Assembly (NCBI GenBank): GCA_020725315.1
Contig: DYFG01000037.1
Coordinates: 1 to 12,570, forward strand
Direction of reading: 5' to 3'
Origin: Nitrosotalea sp.
GTDB lineage: Archaea; Halobacteriota; Syntropharchaeia; Alkanophagales; Methanospirareceae
DNA length: 12,570 bases
Part shown: positions 7,422 through 12,570 of the stretch, in pieces
Numbering within the stretch: the stretch's first letter is position 1
Layout: every line of letters begins with the position of its first letter
Made by a program: the position numbers and the translations under genes
The notes under the pieces: model-generated
Databases searched by the model: none
Seen by the model: only the letters and a program-made list of their open reading frames with translations
Told to the model about the DNA's origin: nothing

Positions 7422-8336
7422 ATGCATGCGGAAGTTGAGGAGTGGGTGAAGAAGGCGTTTGAGGCGCGTGTGGAGGAGTTCTCAGCACTGATTAATGAAG
7501 CAAGGGAGGTGTTAAAGCGCGAGAACGGGTTACGAGCAGGAAGCGGATTGGTTCGCATAGCTCCCCAGGCAGTGAGGAAGGTTGCCGTTATAGGCGATAT
7601 ACACGGTGATATCGAAAGCCTTGTTCACGTATTGAGGGATACGGATGTGGAAACCGCTGATAGAATTATCTTTCTTGGTGATTATGGCGACAGGAGCGAG
7701 GAAAGTGTTGAAGTTTACTATCTCCTTTTGACGCTCAAGGCATTAGCGGGGATTGGGGAAAAATTAATTCTGCTAAGAGGTAATCATGAAGGCCCGCCGG
7801 ACATGCCGGTCATGCCCCATGACCTCCTGTTATTCTTTACGAGCAAATATGGAGCTCGGGGGAGGGAGTTGTACAACCGCATAAGAGAACTTTGGGAGTA
7901 TTTACCGTATGCTGTAGTGGTCACCGGCAGCTATCTGATGGTGCACGGTGGGGTGTCTGCCACGGTGACTTCTAGTGAGGATATTGCGTATGCACGTGAA
8001 ACGCATCCCTCGTCGAGCACCTTTGAGGAGATACTCTGGAGCGACCCGATTGAGGGCAAGGGCTATTTTAGTTCGCTGCGGGGTGCGGGCAGGATGTTTG
8101 GTGAGGATATCACCGATGCGGTTTTTCGTGCGGTAGGCGTGAAGACGTTGATAAGAAGCCATGAGCCGTGCGAGGGTGTTGACGTGCGGCAGAGAGGAAA
8201 GATTCTAACCCTATTTTCACGGAAGGGGGCGCCCTATTTCAACAAACGAGCCGCATATTTGGTGTTGGATGAAACTATACTTCGAGACGCAAAAGATGCC
8301 GGGGAGCTGGCGAGAAATGCTGCACGGATATGGTAA
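7422..8336 (+). CDS. PPP-family serine/threonine protein phosphatase (calcineurin-like metallophosphoesterase; PP1-arch/PrpA-like).
   Basis: Canonical PPP motifs GDIHGD, GDYGDRS (GDxxDRG) and GNHE occur in the correct order and spacing. The stop is TAA. Confidence 0.9.
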   Translation: MHAEVEEWVKKAFEARVEEFSALINEAREVLKRENGLRAGSGLVRIAPQAVRKVAVIGDIHGDIESLVHVLRDTDVETADRIIFLGDYGDRSEESVEVYYLLLTLKALAGIGEKLILLRGNHEGPPDMPVMPHDLLLFFTSKYGARGRELYNRIRELWEYLPYAVVVTGSYLMVHGGVSATVTSSEDIAYARETHPSSSTFEEILWSDPIEGKGYFSSLRGAGRMFGEDITDAVFRAVGVKTLIRSHEPCEGVDVRQRGKILTLFSRKGAPYFNKRAAYLVLDETILRDAKDAGELARNAARIW

Positions 8337-8548
8337 AGAAGAAAGCATAAAGGAGAAAGAAGGTCGTTGAGTGAGATGCTTGCTTCAGTACTTTCGAAAC
8401 CTATGAAGATCTGAGTAAGATAAAAAGCCCGTTAGATTTAAAAACGAAGAATTCGTATATTGAAAATGAGGTTGAAGGAGATGAAGGTCAGCAGTCAGCT
8501 GAAAGGAGGTATATACGAAGTAAGTTTCGGATATCATCCCAATTTGGA

Positions 8549-9085
8549 ATGATATACGACATTAATGTCGGATATACCGAAGTTAGGCGACATTTTGCTT
8601 GGCGGTGCGAGAAAATGAACGAAAAAACAATAAACAAAGATAAAAGGTATCTGCTTATATTGCCATGCTCCAAACGTAAGAAGAGAATCTCTGAGGCACG
8701 CGCCATAGAATTATATGATGGCCCATTTTATAGGATGGTTAGAAAGAGCGGGTTGATGAACTTAAATATTTTAATTCTATCGGCAAAATACGGCTTAATT
8801 AATGCTTGTGACAATATTTCTTCTTATGACCAAGTAATGAGTGCTCAGAGGGCGAAAGAGTTAGCGGAAGGAGTTAAACTTAAATTAGAGAAAGTACTAG
8901 AAAATAACGGTTACGACGAGATATTCATAAATCTTGGTAAAACATACACGCTTGCGTTAGAAAACAGCAACAAAATTCTTAACGATTACGATGTTTACTG
9001 GGCAAGAGGGCAAATCGGAGAAAGATTAAATCAACTTAAAAGATGGTTGCGTAGAATCGAGTTGGAAAATGGTGGTAAATTATGA
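8549..9085 (+). CDS. 178-aa hypothetical protein, first gene of the helicase-nuclease operon. The true start may be the internal ATG (MNEKTINK). Its function is unknown.
   Basis: Its TGA stop overlaps the helicase ATG as ATGA at 9082-9085. Conserved-looking segments are KRYLLILPCSKRK, ELYDGPFYRMV and ILILSAKYGLINA. GC is low. Confidence 0.6.
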   Translation: MIYDINVGYTEVRRHFAWRCEKMNEKTINKDKRYLLILPCSKRKKRISEARAIELYDGPFYRMVRKSGLMNLNILILSAKYGLINACDNISSYDQVMSAQRAKELAEGVKLKLEKVLENNGYDEIFINLGKTYTLALENSNKILNDYDVYWARGQIGERLNQLKRWLRRIELENGGKL

Positions 9086-9645
9086 TTACTTGGAATGACT
9101 TTCAAAATACTGTTTTTACTCAACTAGGTAGAGACATTAGAAGACAAAGTAACCCTGACCAAAACGCTGCTATACAAGCCCCTCCAAATCACTCTTTATT
9201 CATAGTCTCTGGGCCAGGCAGTGGAAAGACAACAGTAATTACCCTGAGGGTTCTGAAATTAATTTTTGTGGACGACATAAATCCCTTAAATATTTTAGTT
9301 ACAACTTTTACACGAAAGGCTGCCGCTGAACTGAGATCAAGGGTTCTTGGATGGGGAGACCAACTGAGACGTGCATTTATAAATAATTCATCTTACTATC
9401 CCGTTAGGAATCAACTACAAAGATTAGATTTCAACAGAATAATTACGGGGACTTTGGACAGTATCTCGGAGGAAAAATTAGGAGAGTACCGTGCTCCAGG
9501 CACTCCACCACCACCAGTAGTCATTGAGGATTTTGTCTCAAATGCATTGATGATAAGGGTTGGGCTTTTTGGGCACGGTAGACACAATAATCCGGTTCTC
9601 AGAGATTATATCATCCAATTAAGTGGATCTGCCTTTGGTGGTTAA
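9082..9645 (+). CDS. UvrD-like helicase N-terminal fragment (Q motif, Walker A, motif Ia/Ib).
   Basis: GPGSGKTT and TFTRKAAAELR are present. The ORF ends with TAA at 9643-9645, 23 nt after the next fragment starts in the +1 frame. Confidence 0.8.
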   Translation: MITWNDFQNTVFTQLGRDIRRQSNPDQNAAIQAPPNHSLFIVSGPGSGKTTVITLRVLKLIFVDDINPLNILVTTFTRKAAAELRSRVLGWGDQLRRAFINNSSYYPVRNQLQRLDFNRIITGTLDSISEEKLGEYRAPGTPPPPVVIEDFVSNALMIRVGLFGHGRHNNPVLRDYIIQLSGSAFGG

Positions 9646-10174
9646 CGTTGGTGAGATGAGTGCTACGCTAAGGGAGATAAAAGATAGGTTCTTTCATGAC
9701 AAAGTAAATGTTAATCGCTTCAGGAGTCTGAGTAACCACCCAGGTATTGGGGTGGCGTGCGATGCTATAGATGATTATAACCAAGAATTACAAAGTCGCC
9801 TTCTTTTCGATTTTGCGAGACTGGAGATAGAATTCCTTGAACGGCTTCGAGCAGGCGTGTTGAATAATTTTCTTCAAAATATAAGATTCATTTTGGTTGA
9901 CGAATATCAGGACACAAACTTACTTCAAGAACAAATCTATTTTGAGCTTGCGAGAGCAGCATTACAAAATGGAGGCAGCATCACAGTTGTTGGTGATGAT
10001 GACCAATCTCTCTATCGTTTTCGTGGTGCAACAGTCGATCTTTTTCAAGCATTTCCAAATAGAGTCAATAATCACTTGGTGATAAGCCCTGTGACTGTGT
10101 ATCTCTCTCAAAACTACCGCTCTACGCCGAATATTGTACGTTTTGTAAATGATTTTGTTACCTTAGATACGTGA
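9623..10174 (+). CDS. UvrD-like helicase middle fragment (motifs II, III, IV), GTG start.
   Basis: DEYQDT, GDDDQSLYRFRGA and QNYRS are present. It ends at an in-frame TGA, and the frame reopens immediately after. Confidence 0.8.
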   Translation: MDLPLVVNVGEMSATLREIKDRFFHDKVNVNRFRSLSNHPGIGVACDAIDDYNQELQSRLLFDFARLEIEFLERLRAGVLNNFLQNIRFILVDEYQDTNLLQEQIYFELARAALQNGGSITVVGDDDQSLYRFRGATVDLFQAFPNRVNNHLVISPVTVYLSQNYRSTPNIVRFVNDFVTLDT

Positions 10175-10189
10175 TTTCAAAACGCCAGA

Positions 10190-11461
10190 GTGACAGGTAA
10201 ACCCCGGATTAGAGCATCACGCCCAACAACACCCCAACGTTATATTAATTATCCAGTTTTAGGAATGTTCCGGGACGATGTTGGCACCCTTGCCCACGAG
10301 CTAGCGCAATTTGTTCATAGAGTAGTTCATAGGGGGGGATTTCAAATAAGGCATCAAGGTAACCGTTATACAATACGAATTAGTCCTCAAGGTGGCTCAC
10401 CAACGGACGTTGCTATGTTGTGCAGTTCACCACGAGAGTTGGCTTCTAATGGTAATCCAAGACTTCCTTTACTTTTGGATGATGAGTTGAGGCGCATGAG
10501 CCCACCAATTCAAGTTTTTAATCCAAGAGGTCAAAATTTAGAGAGAATCCCAGAAGTTCAAAGATTATGCGGTTTAATTTTGGAGTGTATAGATCCTGAT
10601 AGCAACATCCAAAATAGCATAGTGACATTGCCTCAAGCAGCGGTAACTATCTTTAATGCTTGGCGTGCCGAGGCTACGAACCTTGTAAATAGTAATCCAT
10701 CTCCCACCGCTCCAATCAATCTTAGACAATTCGTCAATGCGTGGCAGCGCAGAACCCCCTTACGTAGAAGAATGCAGACCAGAGAGGAAGTACCATTGCT
10801 AGATCTGGTTTACAAGTTGGTCACATGGATACCTCCTATGCAAAATGATATAGAAGGTTTAGTGTATCTAGAGGCAATAACTCGGGCAATCAGTCAAAGT
10901 GCATTGTTTGGTAACTTTGGTGCTGAAATAATCTTTGACCCTAGTAATCCTAATAGTAGGTTAGAGCAAGCTTCAATAAGAGAAGCACTTTGGAATATAT
11001 TTATGCCACTTGCAACTGGTGCAATCGAAATTGATGAAGACCTTCTTGAAACTTTACCAAGCGACAGAATAAACATCATGTCAATTCATCAGGCAAAAGG
11101 ATTAGAGTTTCCTCTGGTGATAGTGGATGTAGGAAGTGACTTTAGATATGATCATTGGAAGCAAGCATTTAAACGCTTTCCACGGCTAAACAATATAGGA
11201 AGAGTGGATGGTGTAAAAAGCCTGAATATGGAAGATGAATTAAGAAAGCACTCCCCCTTAGGACAATCTTCAAGATCAAGTTTAGATAGAGCATTCGATG
11301 ATTTAATAAGACATTATTTTGTAGCCTTTAGTAGGGCCCAAGATGTCCTATTATTAGTTGGTTTAAACTCTGTAAGAAGTGGTATTCCCAACATCGCCAC
11401 AGGATGGGATAGAAATGGAAGCTGGTATTGGAGGAGGTTAACCAATTTGGTGCATATTTAG
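10190..11461 (+). CDS. UvrD-like helicase C-terminal fragment (2B-domain region, motifs V and VI), GTG start, in the same frame as 9623..10174.
   Basis: IHQAKGLEFPLVIV and YVAFSRAQDVLLLVG are present. The TAG stop at 11459-11461 abuts the SD of the next gene. Confidence 0.8.
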   Translation: MTGKPRIRASRPTTPQRYINYPVLGMFRDDVGTLAHELAQFVHRVVHRGGFQIRHQGNRYTIRISPQGGSPTDVAMLCSSPRELASNGNPRLPLLLDDELRRMSPPIQVFNPRGQNLERIPEVQRLCGLILECIDPDSNIQNSIVTLPQAAVTIFNAWRAEATNLVNSNPSPTAPINLRQFVNAWQRRTPLRRRMQTREEVPLLDLVYKLVTWIPPMQNDIEGLVYLEAITRAISQSALFGNFGAEIIFDPSNPNSRLEQASIREALWNIFMPLATGAIEIDEDLLETLPSDRINIMSIHQAKGLEFPLVIVDVGSDFRYDHWKQAFKRFPRLNNIGRVDGVKSLNMEDELRKHSPLGQSSRSSLDRAFDDLIRHYFVAFSRAQDVLLLVGLNSVRSGIPNIATGWDRNGSWYWRRLTNLVHI

Positions 11462-11465
11462 GAGG
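11461..11465 (+). promoter_or_regulatory. Shine-Dalgarno GGAGG for the nuclease gene, 7 nt upstream of ATG 11473.
   Basis: ttaGGAGGaaaaaatATG. Confidence 0.6.
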
Positions 11466-11472
11466 AAAAAAT

Positions 11473-12537
11473 ATGTCATTGTCTGTTAGACCGAGACCAT
11501 ACATAATCCCTGAGTATAGTTTAACTGGCGACCTACTAGCATATCTTACCTGCGGGTTGCAATATAGATACCACAATAAGGGCTCTCTCCCTCCCTCTAC
11601 ACCTGTTCAGCTATGGTTTGGAGAATTCATACACAGTGTTATGGAAGAAGCATATCGTAGATGGCAAGATGAAACCTCGGAACAGCGTTTTCCATGGAAT
11701 TGGGATCCTGACGTACGCGATATCGAACTTGAAGTTGAAAGGAGACTAGAGGCAAGAGGTCTGTATGCTCCATTCGGTCTTTTTTGCGCATACGGATTGA
11801 CCCAAAGCCGACAATGCACCTGCTATACTAGAAATCCACCTCGTCAACATCAACTTATTGCGAGTCAGAGAACTGAGTCAGCAATCAATACTTGGGGACA
11901 ACACCTATTTCCACTTATTGCAGAAGCCGAAGTGAGACTTAAGGGTAGCAGAGACATGCCAAACTATCAACCCAATATTAGCAGGTCTAACTATTACGGA
12001 GTTACAGGCGTTATAGACGTAATAAGCTCTGTTAACCTTATCAATGCGCCACCGGGAAATTTAATTCTTCACTATATTCATCAGCATACGGAAGTGAGCC
12101 AAATAATAAATAATCTCGCTTCACAAGAGTATGAAATTATCATTGATTATAAAGGTATGAGAAGACCTGCTACTAATAGCCGTCTCTGGCAACATCATGA
12201 ATGGCAGATACTTACCTATACTTGGCTTAGGTCTCAACAACCGCAATCACGACCTATAGCTGCAGGAATAATTTTCTATCTTAATGAGTTGGCTTTATCC
12301 GGGGAAGATGTGGAAGAATTAAGAGATGATGTCGCGAGCAGTCTTACGGATGTGATGCCATCCGGACAGGACTTAAATAGAATACAAAACTGGCGGCGAG
12401 GAACGCCACCGCCCGTCCTCACACGTCCGTTTAGGGAGCAAAGGTCAATTAGAATTATACCAGTCAATGATACCGCTGTGCAAAATAGCCTTCAAAGATT
12501 TGATAATGTTGTATCTACCCCATATTCCGCACTTTAA
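11473..12537 (+). CDS. RecB-family PD-(D/E)xK nuclease (Cas4/AddB-like PDDEXK_1 fold), 354 aa from the SD-preceded ATG. The upstream-extended ORF 11428.. has no SD. The last five codons lie in the right IR.
   Basis: It has the N-terminal Cas4/RecB-like motif SLTGDLLAYLTCGLQYRY, motif II GVIDVIS, motif III IIIDYKG (hhhDYK) and the downstream QxxxY (QILTY). The stop is TAA at 12535-12537. Confidence 0.7.
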   Translation: MSLSVRPRPYIIPEYSLTGDLLAYLTCGLQYRYHNKGSLPPSTPVQLWFGEFIHSVMEEAYRRWQDETSEQRFPWNWDPDVRDIELEVERRLEARGLYAPFGLFCAYGLTQSRQCTCYTRNPPRQHQLIASQRTESAINTWGQHLFPLIAEAEVRLKGSRDMPNYQPNISRSNYYGVTGVIDVISSVNLINAPPGNLILHYIHQHTEVSQIINNLASQEYEIIIDYKGMRRPATNSRLWQHHEWQILTYTWLRSQQPQSRPIAAGIIFYLNELALSGEDVEELRDDVASSLTDVMPSGQDLNRIQNWRRGTPPPVLTRPFREQRSIRIIPVNDTAVQNSLQRFDNVVSTPYSAL

Positions 12538-12570
12538 GTTTATAAAGATGTTGTTTTCTGAATTTCGTTC
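12519..12570. repeat. Right arm of the perfect 52-bp inverted repeat. It contains the last five codons and the TAA stop of CDS 11473..12537, followed by a T-rich tract.
   Basis: Exact reverse-complement identity to 2..53. It runs to the last base of the window. Confidence 0.9.

Larger units (their letters stand above)
9082..11461 (+). pseudogene. UvrD/Rep/PcrA-family SF1A DNA helicase, about 795 codons, disrupted into three ORFs. The disruptions are a +1 frame change around 9620-9645 and an in-frame TGA at 10172..10174.
   Basis: All helicase motifs appear in order across the fragments. These are Q (NPDQNAAIQAP), I (VSGPGSGKTTVITLRV), Ia (TTFTRKAAAELRSRV), II (ILVDEYQDTN), III (VVGDDDQSLYRFRGA), IV (LSQNYRSTPNIV), V (SIHQAKGLEFPLVIVDVG) and VI (YVAFSRAQDVL). 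Confidence 0.85.

Noticed and set aside
5738-10174. Alternative genetic code with TGA as a sense codon (or Sec/Pyl recoding) as the explanation for the two in-frame TGAs.
   Set aside because: TGA clearly terminates several well-supported genes here, in ATGA overlaps at 577-580 and 9082-9085 and at the stops at 3783 and 4275. No SECIS-like hairpin is evident. TAG is used as an ordinary stop (5483, 11459), so pyrrolysine is not indicated either.
1-12570. Autonomous IS or transposon interpretation of the IR-bounded segment.
   Set aside because: No ORF shows DDE, HUH or serine/tyrosine-recombinase features. If the segment is mobile it must be mobilised in trans, or the IRs belong to elements outside the window.
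1-12570. Complete linear plasmid or viral genome with terminal inverted repeats.
   Set aside because: There is no protein-primed DNA polymerase, capsid or packaging gene. The gene content is cellular (MFS transporter, PPP phosphatase), and the repeats abut the window edge, so they probably continue outside.

Overview
The window is 12.57 kb of protein-coding DNA with no rRNA, tRNA or CRISPR array detected. Genes are tightly packed, often with ATGA stop/start overlaps, and carry strong GGAGGTGA-type Shine-Dalgarno sites. The proteins (40-aa beta-propeller blades, zinc ribbons, a PP1-arch-like phosphatase) suggest an archaeon, possibly Methanosarcinales-like; this is inference only. Five things stand out:
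(1) A perfect 52-bp inverted repeat sits at the two extreme ends (2..53 and 12519..12570) and may continue beyond the window. Both terminal genes read outward into it, so both proteins end with the same IR-encoded peptide PYSAL-stop.
(2) A minus-strand operon (about 1897..5986) encodes an SPFH/flotillin-like protein with a C-terminal zinc ribbon plus several coiled-coil or helical proteins of unknown function.
(3) An MFS transporter and a PPP-family Ser/Thr phosphatase are transcribed divergently.
(4) A lower-GC plus-strand operon (8549..12537) encodes a small unknown protein, a UvrD/PcrA-family SF1 helicase and a RecB-family PD-(D/E)xK nuclease. The helicase is interrupted by a frameshift and by an in-frame TGA. 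This is a candidate helicase-nuclease defence or DNA-processing module, possibly decaying.
(5) A second in-frame TGA splits a small gene at 5738..5740, and a beta-propeller gene carries about four near-identical tandem 120-bp repeats.
No transposase or recombinase gene is visible inside the IR-bounded segment.
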